From contig NC_058373.1 in NCBI RefSeq assembly GCF_018350175.1, forward strand, positions 106,270,001 to 106,334,000: 64,000 nucleotides of DNA. Direction: 5' to 3'. The translations under genes and the position numbers were made by a program. Shown piece by piece: positions 35,646-52,232 of this stretch. The stretch comes from Felis catus (Eukaryota). Position 1 is the stretch's first letter; each line of letters begins with the position of its first letter. The notes under the pieces were generated by a model. That model was given only the letters and a program-made list of their open reading frames with translations. It made no database searches and was not told the origin of the DNA.

Positions 35646-36693
35646 TTCTTCTTTAATCACAAAGGTCAAAACAGCAAAATTGTGTGTTTGGGAAAATACT
35701 CCATCCTCTGCGGTTCAGCCTTTGGAATTTGTATGTTCTTCCAATAAATGCCCATTTATGGTTCATATACTTTAGTGATTTTCTTTACTAGCAACCAAAT
35801 AGTCTTGCTGAGTCAGCACTGCTTCTGAGCTAGAGACTGTAGGGAGAGGGGCAGAGAAACACGGGAAAGACAGTGTCACTCAATGGTAAGAGCCCAAACA
35901 GGGTTCCAAGTCCTTGCTTTATCACTTGGTAGTTGTGTAAACTTGTGTCAGTTATTTAAACATCTTTAGTTACAGTTTACTCATTTGGACAATGCATATA
36001 AAAATATTAATCATGTAGGATTTTGAAATTCTGAGGATTAGAAACGATGTTTGTAAAGAGCCCAGCATAGTGTCTGACTCAATGATGCCATATCATTGCT
36101 AAAAGGTGTCATTTAATAGCCTTAAAATAATTGTTTTAAAATGATATATTAACTAATAAATCAGATAGCTAAATTACATATATATTAGTCAATTGGCTCA
36201 AAACATTTAATATAATAACCAACTTGGAATTTAAAGAACGCAAATAAAACTAAGGTAAATGTTTGTAAAAATGAAAAAAGTTAAATGTACTTTACCTAGT
36301 AAGAAACCCTATAAGCCCAGGAGAAAATGCTCTTGGTTTAGCACTGTTCTTCCCAATGTAGGTAGGGAGATTAAAGACTCTGCCATAAACTAGGCACCCA
36401 CATGGGTTCACGCAGATAACCTAACAGAACATAATAGAGTCCCTGAAGAAATCTCCATCTATTCTGTTAGGAATATATTTTGTGGTAGCCAGCATCTGGG
36501 TGTTCCCTCCCACTGAGGGGAAACAAAAAGCCACGGGCTACATTCCATTAAGCAAAAAGGAAGACGGTATCAATTTGCTATCAAGAGATTATAGAGGGAT
36601 AGATTCCCACGATGCGGGGCTCAAACCCACAAACCGTGAGATCATGACCTGAGCTGAAGTCGGATGCTTAACTGACTGAGCCACCCAGCGCCC

Positions 36694-39110
<2,417 letters not shown>

Positions 39111-39706
39111 TCTACTTGAACCCCCCCCCCCCCTTTAAAAGCCAGAAGGAGCTCATTCCAGCAGAATCCCTTTAGAAGGAAACTGTGGCCTAGGATACAA
39201 AAGAATTCATTTCAATGTATTCATCAAAGAAAAAGTGAACTAATTCTGTAATGTTGAATGTATCAAAAAGAAAAAAAATCATTTTGAGGAGCTTAAATAT
39301 GGTGCCCAGTATAAAGCAGTAGAGAAGCAGGTTGGAATCTGAAGGCAAATGGCCCTTTTGCCTGGATCAGCAGAGCACTAAACCACTACTACAATGGCTA
39401 ACACCAAAACACCAGTGGTGGCTCTTTCATGTCCCTTACCTCTTCTCTGTACTCTAATGAGAGTGCTAAAGTTTGGGTGCTGGGAGCTCTCTTCAAGGAC
39501 AGTGTGGTGATTACTAGAACCCTGTAGTAGTGAAGTGAGGTCCAGCATTCGGCCACACTCAAGTACCTTTGAGTAAGAAAGGAGCCAGTTCACTTCTTTT
39601 CAGCAGTACCTCCCTAGTGGGGAACAAGGGGAGACATAGGTCTGGGCTCTACACAGGAGGCAAAGTCTTCAAAATGGCATACGGGCCATTGTGAGGCCTG
39701 GGGTGG

Positions 39707-40148
39707 TGTGATGGGTTGAATTGTGTCCTGCCAAAAAGAGACCTTGAAGTCCCTAATCCAGTACCTCAGAATACGACCTTATTTGGAAATAGGGTCTTTT
39801 ACAGAGACAATCAAATTCAAGTGAGGTCACAAAGGTGTACCCTGACCCACCATAATTGCTATCCTTCTGAAAAGAGGAGATCTGGATACAGAGAGAAGAC
39901 CGTGGGAAGACACACAGGGAGGAGATGGCCATGTGCCTGGAGTGATGTATCTACAAGCCAAAGAGCACCATGCAATGCTGGCAGAGGTAAGGAAGGACTC
40001 TCCCCTAGAGCTATCAGAGAGAACATGGCCTTGCCAACACCTTCACTTCAGACTTCTAGCCCCCAGAACTGTGAGGGAGTAAAGTTCTATTACTTTAAGT
40101 CATCCAGTTTTTGGCATTTTGTTAGGGCAACCCCAGAAAACTAACACA
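39707..40148 (+). mobile_element. MaLR solo LTR (MLT1B/C-like)
   Basis: tgtgatgggttgaattgtgtcc...ttatttggaaatagggtc...aaactaacaca. Confidence 0.78.
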
Positions 40149-41751
40149 GGTTGGGAAAGAGCACCTTTACTCCTGAAATGAGCCATAAGGCATACCACAG
40201 CTTCTGTGTCTCCCTACCCTGTGTTTGTTTGGCTCATCCATAGGCCGTACAATTTTTGTACTGTGCACAGCTTTCAGGATGACCTCACTCACTCTGGGTC
40301 CCTGGGAGATCCTGTTCTTGGTCCTCTTCTTACCTGTTCAGAGAGTCCTCACATTATATCCATTGCCCAGAATATCAGGTTGACTGACATTATGTGCCCC
40401 ATGCTCCCTTTGGTAAAATTCTATGTCCATACCTATCATTTTGTAAAGACAGGGGTTTCCTCGGGAAACGTTCTCCACCACTGCCAGCAAATGGACATTT
40501 CTCCTTAGATCCTCCTGATGCACGGCTGCTTAGGAAAGGAATTCTGGGCTAACAGGAGGGAGGAAGATGCTGCGAATGCAGATGTGGGGGGGGAGGTTAA
40601 TTCTACACAGTAAAGCTTTGGGAGGAAACTTCATCTCAAAGGGTTGGAGACTGGAAAGCACACATAGAGAAAAAAGATCCTCTTCTGTACCTACTAACCA
40701 TAAAGAATGGCAGGCACCAAACCCAGCTTAATATCTTCCTCCCCCATACCAGGTCTTCTGGGATTTCTACCCTGAAAAATGGTATTGCGTTCTCCTGAAC
40801 AGCCAGTCTCAGACAGAGCTGGGCTAAGGCGAGGCACGCGAGCTGCCAAGGGCGTGAAATTTGAGGAGGGCCAAGGTCAGCCATGGTGTTGAAACCCCAC
40901 ATCTAGTCCATCACCAACTCCGATCCCATCTCCCTCCACATCATCTCCTAGAGGCTCCTCTGGGCACAGTGGGTGCTTGGCGCTCAAACTCCTTAGCATT
41001 CAAGTTTCTTCCTAGTGGTCTCAACCCAGCCTTTCAGCCTCACCTGGCAGCACATCTTCGGCCCGAGCACCTTACAACCCATTTCAACTTGTCACTCACC
41101 ATTCTCAGTGGATGCCATGTATTTCTGTGACTTAGCATCTTAGGTGATGTTCTCTCTTCGTACTGGGATGAACCACCTTCTCCATCTGGAAAACCCAGCT
41201 GCAAAGTTCACCTCCTCTGAGAATCCTTCTCTGTTGCTCTAGTCTGGTAAGCCAGCTCGTATTTCCTGCTGCCTTTTATTTAGTTTATTTAGTTTTCACA
41301 TAGCCAACTCCCATCTCCCGCCATACTGGCCGTTGGCACAATGTCCAGTTGCCCTTATGGTCGTCACACCACTTTGTACACAAGGGTACCTCCATAAGTG
41401 CTTATGGAGCCCAAGCATAAAACTGGGCAAAGGCAGCGTTTTGTAAGTTACTGTTCCTTTTTTCTCCTACTACTTTTATTTTTCCCACTGCTACTATTTT
41501 CATCCACTTCTTCCTCATCATCTTTGACTTTTGATCTTAACAGTGAAATAAAATACGCAATTGGATTTTTATGAAAAGCAGCAAGCAATCCTTAGAAGAT
41601 TTGTCTTGATGATGGCAGGAACTGTCATCTCTCTTACTCACAGCCCTCTTCTCGGTGCTTGGCACCCAGTAGGTCCTCAAGAAATAGTTACCAAAAGAAT
41701 GGCTTCCTAGCAAATATAATTATTGCATATTATTATAAGAAGTCTATAGAA

Positions 41752-41753
<2 letters not shown>

Positions 41754-41798
<45 letters not shown>
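41754..41798. repeat. (TA)n microsatellite
   Basis: Perfect dinucleotide run just past the RTN1 3' end. Confidence 0.95.
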
Positions 41799-41802
<4 letters not shown>

Positions 41803-42049
41803 TACTTAAGATATCTACATCAATCCCACACGGTACAACATGAAGAGTATTTTCCAGTTTTACTACTTTGTAGTGACTTCTATAAAGACCCCAAAGGAGC
41901 CATACACTAAGTTGAATTTGGACCATGCAGTCCTGAAGACAGGAATAAAGTGAGCTCTTGGTCTCAGGCTTCCCAGCCTGTCCTCAGAAGATTCTAGCTC
42001 TTAGAACTTTTGCATTTTCTGGTAAGACCACAAGAAGAGAGGGAGAAGG

Positions 42050-42838
42050 TTTTACATTTAGTAACATTTATTTATGCATTCAGTATCAAGTACATAAGTG
42101 CAAATATCCAGAGTCCATAATTAGGTCCATTAGGAACTACAGAGAAAGTAATACAAATCGTAATAAAGTTAACATGCTGGTACTTTTTTTTACCATACAT
42201 GTAAATCAGCCTGTCAGTCCCACACAACAAAAGTACTGCATGTTTTTTTTTGGGGGGGGGGAGGGCAGGGAGGAGGGGTTATTCATTTATTTAATTATTT
42301 TAAGTTATACAAAACTGATTACCAGAAGTACGGTCGACTGTTTTTATTTTTATGTTGTGTGTTGGAAAAACACTAAAACATCAGTCTACAATTCTATATA
42401 TTGTTATTAAAGATTAATCCAACCAGCAACCCAAGGACATATAAGCGATTTCCACTACTGCATCAGTGCACTCGGCAGGAAGGGCCTAGCCACGGGGAAC
42501 GTCAGAAGCTACAGAAGCATTGCAGAGAGGAGGAGGAGAACACCGAAGAAGACAAATTAAGCTGGGCTCTCACCATCATGCACTTTTTTTTTTTTTTTTT
42601 TTAGCAACACAAAATTAAAACCACATCTAATACACTTTTCTCTATACTTTAGTGCTTGACACAAGTGACTCAAATATCCTAAGAGTACAGGAACAGCCTA
42701 AAAACAGCTGTTTTAAAGTTTGTCTCTAAGATTATGGTACTGGGGGGAGAAACAATCAATTTGCAGTAACATGTAAGAACAGAGTTGTTACCACTCCAGA
42801 CATTCTGGTTTGTGTCCAGTCCCTGGTGGGATATCGAT
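42050..42838 (-). other. RTN1: RTN1 3' UTR with candidate polyadenylation signals
   Basis: No recognisable interspersed repeat after the stop; minus-strand AATAAA at 42343-42348, 42286-42291 and 42067-42072; true 3' end inferred. Confidence 0.7.
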
Positions 42839-42881
42839 TTACTCAGCATGCCTTTTAGCGCCTGGGATTTTAGCCTGAATC
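42839..42881 (-). CDS. RTN1: RTN1 terminal coding exon portion
   Basis: TTTTTAG acceptor then [16 protein letters not shown]. Confidence 0.96.
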
Positions 42882-45800
42882 CTAAAAAGACAGTATCAAA
42901 AAACAGTAAGTCACGAGTGTTATTAATAAAATCATTTTGTGACTTCATCATGTGCTGTTGCCGTAATTAGCTAGCTGACCAAATAGGCTAATATTCCAAA
43001 AGATACTAAAGTATGTGAGTGTCTGTGAACACATTTCTATGCAACAATAGAGACCTATTTCTGTGCATCTACCTGAGACCCAGAAATGACTGGGACAGGC
43101 TCTATCCATCTATTCCACATAGAGAAGGGAGGGGCACTGAGGTCTACTGCACCAGGTCTAGGACTTCCTCCACACTCCTCTTAACCAATCTCTAGGCAGT
43201 AATAGGATGATGGTGCTATGGCGATGATCGTGCTGATGTCTAATATTTATTGTGTCTTACGTCCAATCCAAGTAAAAGTACTTTATAGACATTATCTCAT
43301 TTAATCCCCAACAACCATATGAGTTAAGTATTTAACATTACTAATGTGCAGATAAGGAAACCAGCTCAGAGAGTCAAATAACATTTCTGATGAACTCATG
43401 GAGCTAAAAATACCAGAAATGGACTCAAAGTAGTCTGATTCCAAAGATCATGTTCTTCACTGTTTTACTAAAATGATGTCGGTTCTTCTGCTGGGAATTA
43501 TTCTAACATGGGATCAGAATTTCAGAGGCGAAGGAGCCTTAGAGGTAAGACCCCCACCAAGAAATTTCCTTCAAGATTTAGTGTCAGGCAAAACAGGTTC
43601 TCTTCAAAAACTGCTGTTCCTTCCTTTCTGATAGCAGGACCGATCTAACTTACGTAGTTTCTCTTTTTGCTAGCTACCGAGAAGCTCAGATCCAAATCTG
43701 AATGAAGCTGTTATAGAAACCACATTAGTCCTTACGGGTAATGTTTTCTTTCTGTTTCTTTTCACAGCCTTGATTTCCAATTTTAATGAACAATTACATT
43801 GCACATGTAGGTTCATACATCGTACATTCTTTGTCTTTTCTCCTTTCCACTTTAACAGGCCTAGACTCTTGTCACCTTTTGTGAATTACCGTAGTCTCCT
43901 AGCTGACCTGATTACGTTTCCACTCCCCTGTTCAGTTCTCCTCTCACTAGATTGTCACAGTATGCACCTCTGTGTGCACATACTGTGCATATCACCCCTG
44001 CATAAAAACATCAGGGGCTGTCCATTTCCTGTTGGGCCAGAGTCACCATTCCTTACAGCGTTCAATACTTGACCTCAGCCTCTCTTTCTAGAGTCTTTGC
44101 AGTTGATCTTTCCACTCATTTAAGCTTTAGACACACTGGTGGACTCATTATTTCCTACATGACCTACATTTTCATGCTTCTCCCTTTGCTTACGTGATTT
44201 CTTCTTCCTGCAATGTCTTTCCCCTCATCACCCACATGATGAATGTTCACCCATCCTTCAAGGTTGCCATAGACTGAATATTTGTGTCCCCCACCCCAGC
44301 CTCCTGTCCCTTGCTCAAATTCGTATGTTGAAATTAACCTGCATTGTGTTGGTATTAGGGGATGAGGCCTTTCAGAGGTGATTAGGTCATGAGGGTGGAA
44401 CTTTCATGAGTAGGATTAGTGCCCTATAAAAGAAACCCCAGAGAGCTCCCTTCCACTTCCACCGTGTGAGGACAGAGCAAGAAGTCTGTAACCTGAAAGA
44501 AGGCCCTAATTAGAGCCTGACCGTGCTGGCACTCTGATCTTGGACCTCCAGCCTCCAGAATGGCGAGACATAAATTTCTGTTGTTTATAAGCCACCAAGT
44601 CTATGGTACTTAGTACAGTGGCCTGAACTAAGACAAAGGCCTTCATTTTAGTGAGGATTCAATGCCATTTCCATTATCCCTCCAGGTAGGAACAGTTACT
44701 TCCTTATCTCCCTGACCTTAACATTTTATACAACTCCATTGTAGTTCTTATATTGTCTTATACTTATTTATCTCTTTACAGTTTTATCTGCACTGAGAGG
44801 CTGGGAGCTCTACTAGAGTGGGGATCAGCTCATTCATCTTTTTACCCTCCGTGCCTGTTCCATGCAGGACCTGGGGCATAACAGGCATGTCTCTTTTTGG
44901 AGCCAACCAACCTATTGACCAAATAAAAAATTAATAGATGTGATTTGTTCAAGATCCCCAAACTAAGTATTGGATAACTTAGGACTAGAATGTCTAGCTT
45001 CTGATTTCTAAGCTCCTATTCTGGTGTTCTCCTTCCTATTCCGGTGTTGCTACAGTTCCCCAAAACACAGCTCTAATTGCCAAAAAGTTACCTGGAGAGT
45101 TCATTAAAATATGGATTCCAGGTCCCGAATCCTAGAAATTCGAATTCTCTAGGTCTGTTTTAAGAATCTGGGAACTGGTGTCTTTGACAGTTTCCCAGGT
45201 TTTGGCAACCATCGACTTTTACACTATACCATGGTGCCATTTCTTAATACGAAATAATGAATACTTTATCCTCAGTTTGTTGATTTTCATGAGGTTTTAG
45301 TTGCATTTGGGTCCAAGGAGATAATTTCAGACATTTTGAAATGTGCCACAGATCTGATCTAGATCCAAATTCACCATGAATTTAGGAGGAAGAATTATGA
45401 GCAGTACACAATAAAACAAAACAAAAGAAAACAAGACAAAACGCTTCCTATACTTTAGGAGAGAATCATAACTGATGATGTACAAATCAAATAGCAGAGG
45501 AACTTTAAAATGGTTGCTTTCTCTTATCTGTTGGCGTTGTTGATACATCATTGGCTGTCTAACATATTTCCCTCTAATTCTGACCACCACTGAGGTCTAG
45601 CCCCATGATCCTAAGATTAGGAGAGGGAGTTCAATCTCAACATAGTCTAGCCCTTCTGTGACATGTATTTCCAGTTGGAGCCTAGGTCAGCTTTTGATTA
45701 AAACAAAATCAGTAACAAAATGACAATATAAAAACTATCATTCCAGGTGGTTTAGACTGACATAAATTTACAAACACTAATTTATTTAAAAATTATGAAG

Positions 45801-48800
45801 AACTAAGTTTAATGTCCATACTAGCTGTGAATACTTATAACTGGAATCTTTATTTGCTAATATACAAAGGAACCATAACGTAGAGTCTGTTTAAAGGGCT
45901 CCTGGGTGGCTCGGTCTGTTGAGCGTCCGACTTCGGCTCAGGTCATGAACTTGCGGTTCATGAATTCAAGCCCCGCGTCGGGCTCGCTGCTGTCAGTGCA
46001 GAGCCCACTTCAGATCCTCTGTTTCCCTCTCTCCACCCCTCCCCTGCTCAAGCTCTCTCCCTCTCTCAAAAATAAACATTAAAAAGAAGAAAAAATAAAA
46101 AGCAATGGTGTTAATTAAATAAGCAAACACACACCCTTGTTGAGTCAAAATGGTGTAACAGAAAATATAACAAATATTACAGATTTAAACATTTTTTCAA
46201 GTTGGAAAAATAATTTCAATGGTTTAAAAATCAGTGCTCTTCACAGTGAGTGTTGTACGTAAGCAATGAATCATGGGAATCTACCCCCAAAACCAAGAGC
46301 ACACTGAGTACACTGTATGTTAGCCAATTTGACAATAAATTAAAAAAAAATCAGTGCTCTTTATTGTTTGAAAGATTGAAAATGTATGTTAATTTGATGG
46401 TTTTTATTTCAATCAAACTGTTGTAAATTAATTTTAGTTTTCTGAATCAGGCTTCCTTCTTTCCTCCAACCCATCTTGTTCTTGGACCTGAGCCAGTCTC
46501 CAGATAAAGCATAATATCATTCATTCATTAGAACTCATTCATCGTCATACCTGAATTAAACCACTGAAGTTTTACTTGATTAAGCATTTTAAAGTGTATA
46601 ATTAATTTTCTGAAATAATATGATTGGGAAAGGTGTAAATGCCTGACTCCAGTAAGTGAATGATCATAAATGAACTTACTATTTTATTGTCCTTTTATTA
46701 CCCATATCTAATCCACACAAATGCCTGCCTAAGATAGTCTCTCCTTTTGGGGCGCCTGGGTGGCTCAGTCGGTTAAGCGGCCGACTTCAGCTCAGGTCAT
46801 GATCTCGCAGTCCGTGAGTTCAAGCCCCGGGTCAGGCTCTGTGCTGACAGCTCAGAGCCTGGAGCCTGTTTCAGATTCTGTGTCTCCCTCTCTCTGACCC
46901 TCCCCCGTTCATGCTCTGTCTCTGTCTCAAAAATAAGTAAACGTAAAAAAAAAATTAAAAAAAAAAGATAGTCTCTCCTTTTTAGGAACTGCACTGTGTA
47001 ACTTACTTTGCCACAACAGCGTTTATGTGAGTCCTCACAAGTCCCAGATATTGGTCAATCTGTGCCTACAAAGAAGAAGAAATCATGAGCACATCCAAAG
47101 GTCACAAGGTCAAAATTTAAGGTGACTATCTGACATCACACAGGACTTACCTGGTGCTTAACATACACTACAGGTAGAGTAAACATTGAAACCACAGCTG
47201 GGATGAAAAACAAATACAGAATTAAAATTCTGAGAGTTATCAGTGAGAATAAGCTTTTAGATACATCTTTATATAATTATGTAATCTTATAGCATTATTT
47301 TATGGTAGCTAGCATTCTAGCTAAAAGATGGCAGGACTAGGGGCACCTGGGTGGCTCAGCTGGTTAAATGTCCGACTTCGGCTCAGCTCATGATCTCACG
47401 GTTTGTGGGTTTGAGCCCCGTGTTGGGCTCTGTGCTGACAGCTCAGAGCCTGGATCCTGCTTCGGGTTCTGTGTCTCCCTCTCTCTGTCTTTCCCCCAGC
47501 ACCCCCGGCGCTCTCTCTCTTTCTCCTCTCTCTCTCTCTCTCTCAAAAAAATAAACATTAAAAAAAATTTAAAAAGATGGTAGGACAGTCCATAAGGAAA
47601 ACAAAGGGATGTTGAGCCCTTTATAGATATTGAGCCATTATTCCCAGACTCATTCCAGGAATGAGGGATGGATTGTGCCTTCCCACAATGAAAATTAATT
47701 TCTATCCATAATTGCCTACTGCAAACAAATATATATTAGAAACCAAATAAAACCAGTTGTGATTCAAGAGAAAAAAATCCTTCAAACTAAGAGATTCATT
47801 ATTAATGTATAATATACACTCTTAAATTGAACTATGATGGTCAGGGAAATGCCCTGTACTATGGTGTTGTTTCTAGGACTCTACCACAGCAAGCTCACAG
47901 CTAACAGCATAGGAAGCTTTATGCTCGTGGAGAGTGTGAAGGAAGACATAACATGCTCATCTGTCCTTACCCATGAGCAGCAGGGTCAGCCCGTTGAAAA
48001 GAGCGCCAACGTAAGTCAGGAGCCACATCAGGACTGCAAACTAAAGAATGGAATCTTTATCAGAGCTTCTAAAACCATTTGTGACACATGAGCGTCTTAT
48101 TTCATTGACTTTTTTTAGATTAAAAATGGAGGGAAAATACACCATTTCAATAAGAAATGTAAGCATTTAAAGTTCATCACAGAATTACTGAAAGAGAACC
48201 TAGCCTTTACTTCTCTTAGAACCTTTCGGACATCTTTGTCAGAAGATTTGAGGACTCCATGAAATAATAAGGGAGGGGTCAGCAAACTATGGCCCTTGGC
48301 CTGTTTTTTTATGGGCCCATGAGTTAAGAATAAATTTCATATTTTTAAATGGTTGAAGAAAACCAAAGCAAGAACAACATTTTGTGATATGTAGAAATGA
48401 TATGAAATGCAACTTTCGGTATTCATAAATAAAGTTTTATTGGCACACAGCCACAGCCATTCATTTATGCATCGTGTTTGGCCGCTTTCCTACTATGATG
48501 GCAAAGCTGAGTAGCTGTGACAGAGATTATGTGGCATGCAAAGCCTAACAGATTTACTATCTGGCCCTTTACAGATAAGGTTTGATGACCTCTGCTCTAG
48601 CCCGTATTTTTACATTACAAATACAAATAGAAACATCAACCTAAAAAGCCCTTGGGTCAGAATTATCATCTCCCTGGTATCTCTCTTCAGTCATTACTTG
48701 GAAAGCAGTATTATTCCAGGAGAGCATCTTCCAAGGCCACATCACTCACTTTTCCTTCTGCCCTTCCTCAAACAGTTGTTGGGCAGCCCCGGTGACAAGA

Positions 48801-51800
48801 CCCCTGCCCAGTGTGCGTACAAAGCACTCTGGGAGCACAGGGAACTCACAACAACCTCGCTCAGGCCCTGCTGAATCATGCCCTGTTGACTTCAGTCGTA
48901 TACATACACCACAGGGTGGGCTGAGCATCTTGTTCAAAGAAACCTAGTAAGTTCAGTGAGAGTGCCAGGAATAATACACAGGTGCCAAGGTCCTCCGTGC
49001 TTCCGAGGCTCAGTCTCACAGCACACACCAGGTAAGGACACAGGGACATCTCACCATTAGGAGTCCACAGAGTTTCTTTCAATGAAAAAAGCATATATAT
49101 ATTTTTCACATTTCCAAAACTAGAATTTTTAAGGAACTAATTTTAGGAAATTGGCCAAGGGACTGAAAATGATAAGAAGAAACAACCTGGTGTGTTGTGA
49201 AAAGTATAGAATTAGAAGCCATGTGACCCTCGGGTTTGATCCCAGCCAGTGACTCGCTGGGCAACCTCAGGCAAGTGACTCAGCCTCTCTGAACCACAGT
49301 TGTGGCATCTGTAAAATGAGAGGATTGGACTGGAGGCACTCCATGGTACCACACAGCTGGAGGTTTTCTCACTCTAGAATGTAATTAGCACTTGCCTCTT
49401 ATTCTCCATTATGTGGTGGTTTACGTTATACCATTAGGGAAAACAAAACTCAAGGTTGTCAAGTGAATGGCTTAAGCAACCGTACTTTTAAGGAATCCAC
49501 CAGGTCCTGGACAAGGAAGAGCCTCCTCAGTTCTTTAAGTGTGTTGTTCACATAGAACTGCAGACAGTCTGTGTACTTCTGGATCTGCTCCTGAGAAAGG
49601 GTGATCTCGAGCTCCAAGTAGGTCCTGTCAACAAACCATTCCCACAGAGAGCTCCATCAGAGGTAACCATGAAACAGCTGAGTTTTCCTCCTCCCACTCT
49701 GAGGACAGCCAGCCAGTGGGCTGCAGGGACCATACACACCCACTTCCAGTATACTGGAGAACCTGGGAATTATGGCCGTTAATGGTGTGCTGTGACTGTT
49801 TCTGTGTCCCCAAGACAGCATGACAGTGTGAGCTGATGATTCAGAGCAACTGGCTTGGACCAGGGAGAAGTCAGTCCAGAATCAGCTCATTCACTGAATT
49901 CTCCATAAATCCCTGGTCTGCCAGGTAGTTGTGAAAGTCCTCATTTCTTCTTGGCTGCATGGAGATGGTTTATTTTTTTTTTAAATAACTGAGGTATCTG
50001 AAAATCCTAGCTGCCAATCATTGCTCATCACCTCAACTTTAATATTTCGTGTTTGCATTTTGGAAAATACTCTCAGGTTTTATCTAGAGAGCTCCGAAAG
50101 CTCAAGAGACCTGGCCCCTATTCAAAAGCTCACTGTTTCTACTAAGAGCAATATTTTTAGTGACTGCGTTTGTCATTTGTTCAAACGATGAAGTGTAACT
50201 ATGGGCAGATAAACCAGGCTCCCCGTGTAGTCCACCCTCCTGTCTGGCCATGCTCCCCCACCGAGGGCCCATCCTCTCTACCTCCTCCCCTCCTTCCGTT
50301 CTGTTTTAAGACAGCACTACGTTATCTACCCAGAGGATATTTCTAGAGTTCTTACTGTGCTTATCTAATTCTGAGAATTGAGAGGGAAAAAATAAAGTAG
50401 CATTTGGTTTGAATTTAGAGAGCTTACAATGAAATCTTATGGCTTTCCTACTCTTTGGGAAAAAATACAGAAAAATACTGATTGGTCTAGTTAAGTTTTG
50501 ATCCCAAAATGTGCTCCTAGTCAGGTATTCTATTTACTGATAAAAACAACTCAACCACAGGGAAGTTTTGTTTTGTTTTTGTTTTTGTTTTTTTTTAAAT
50601 CTGTTTCCTAAAGGAAGAAAAATTAGTTGAACTAATTGAACATGACAGTCTTGGGGGGCCAAGAATGTGAAAGAAACTAGCCTTTCTGGGATGGCTGAGG
50701 GCAGAGGCTGAGGCAGAGCAGGACTCTGAAGATGTGAACTCTGGTCACAGGCTGGTAGGCATGGTATAACCCTGATGTGAAGACACTCCACTTCTACGCT
50801 TTCCCCGCTTTGGGACAGGAATTTGTAGAGGCAAGTTATAGCCCAGAAGACCCATTAACTGCATTAGAAGAAAGCCCAATACATCCCGAGGGCAAGAGTG
50901 CTCAGACTGTAACTGACACCGAGGCCAGGAACCAGAGGCTGGGAAGGGAGGTTGGATGTGCAGCCTTTTCCCTTCTGTCCCCAAAACACAGGCATCTTTT
51001 CACCTTTTAAGGGCCCGGTGCCCTAAGGTCTTCATTCAGCTTACTGGTGTGGGTGAGCCAGGGAGGATTTACTGGGTCTGGCCCAGAAGCCATCTGCAGC
51101 AGCATCTACAAGGCTCATCCAGGACTCAGAACTTTGCCCTCCGTTACAGGAACTGAGGACACCTATAGTACAGCTTGCACTCCGGGGCCAACAGCAGGGG
51201 AGGGGGTGACTCTCAAAGTCAGTGCTGAAATTCCCCGGGCTCACAAGCCAGAGTCAGGAGACAGATTGGGGTGGAGTTGGGTGGCGTGCAGCTGGCAGGA
51301 CTCTTGCCTCCCTCTGCCCTGTTTCATTCATCCTTAGTATATGGCTTTAAAAACAATTCCTCCTCTTTAATGTTCATTCTAGTCAGATTTCCCTAGTATA
51401 AAAATGCAGAGGAGGGCACGTTATAAGACTATTCATGAACTTGTACCCCTCAGAAAGTTGGCCCTTTGATATGAAGCTTCCAGAGACCACAGAAATAAAA
51501 ATCCAAACACCCTAGCCCTGACTCTGTGCTATTTACTGACCATATGACCTTGGGCAAGTCACTTTACATCTTAGAGCCTCAGTTTTCCCACCTGTACGTA
51601 GAGATTAATTACACTGGTCTGCCTTCTTCTCAGGGTAGGGAGGATTAATTGTTGCTTACTCCTTAAATTATAAAACATTGTGCACATATAATGGATTATG
51701 ATCACTATTAGTAATAATTAAAAATAAAATATAAAATATGTGTATGCTCTATACATTTATATTAAATATGCATATTAATTCATTAGTAATAATTAAATAT

Positions 51801-52232
51801 AAAAACTCAATACAGCAAGTAAGTGTTACAATGGGGATAACTGAGTTTGCCTTAGAAATTCACCAGAAATATTAGCTATTAGAAGCCAGGGCATTAAAGA
51901 GACTCGGGAGACATCTGTCAGGTCCCAGAGACATATCACCCAAATGCCCAGGAGCTGAAACAGAGCCAGGGGGAAGGAGCCCCGTGAGAGACTGGGCAAG
52001 GACTGGCCCAGCTGGGGTACTCACTTGAAAGGGTGGCCCTCGTCGGTCTTCTGCACCGCTTGTAACACAGACTTGTAGATGCGGAAACTGATGGTGGCTG
52101 AGAGTGCGGCAAGAGCCAGGTAGGCCACGACACTCACAACGCTGAACTGGGTCAGGGAGAAGAGCAGTAGCAGGAAGCTCCCGAACACGATCCCAGTCTG
52201 CTTGATGTCCCGCCAGTAGAGCAGGTCAATAG
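42839..52232 (-). CDS. RTN1: RTN1 (reticulon 1), span of the six reticulon-homology-domain coding exons; 5' exons not seen in the window
   Basis: Exons of 208/139/70/47/59/43 coding nt splice to [19 protein letters not shown]...[13 protein letters not shown], the RTN1-type C-terminus. Confidence 0.97.
44266..44635 (+). mobile_element. MaLR solo LTR (MLT1A-like)
   Basis: tgccatagactgaatatttgtgtcccc...ttaggtcatgagggtgga...ctaagaca. Confidence 0.78.
47007..47065 (-). CDS. RTN1: RTN1 RHD exon (59 nt)
   Basis: [19 protein letters not shown](K); follows an 85-nt intron; GTAAGT donor. Confidence 0.96.
47151..47197 (-). CDS. RTN1: RTN1 RHD exon (47 nt)
   Basis: (A)[18 protein letters not shown] acceptor, GTAAGT donor. 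Confidence 0.96.
47971..48040 (-). CDS. RTN1: RTN1 RHD exon (70 nt)
   Basis: [27 protein letters not shown] sites. Confidence 0.96.
48273..48598 (+). mobile_element. hAT-Charlie DNA transposon relic (MER58-like)
   Basis: aggggtcagcaaactatggccc start and tttgatgacctctg end (imperfect TIRs); ataaataaagttttattgg core. Confidence 0.7.
49486..49624 (-). CDS. RTN1: RTN1 RHD exon (139 nt)
   Basis: [50 protein letters not shown] sites. Confidence 0.96.
52025..52232 (-). CDS. RTN1: RTN1 first RHD exon (208 nt)
   Basis: (A)[68 protein letters not shown](K); CAG acceptor, GTGAGT donor. Confidence 0.97.

Larger units (their letters stand above)
45896..47575 (+). mobile_element. Three intronic CanSINEs in RTN1 (45896-46100, 46748-46967, 47340-47575)
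   Basis: SINE heads and tails; TSD AAGATAGTCTCTCCTTTT around the 46748 copy. Confidence 0.88.

Noticed and set aside
46748..47575. SINE-driven circRNA of the two small RTN1 exons
   Set aside because: The two flanking SINEs are in the same orientation and cannot pair
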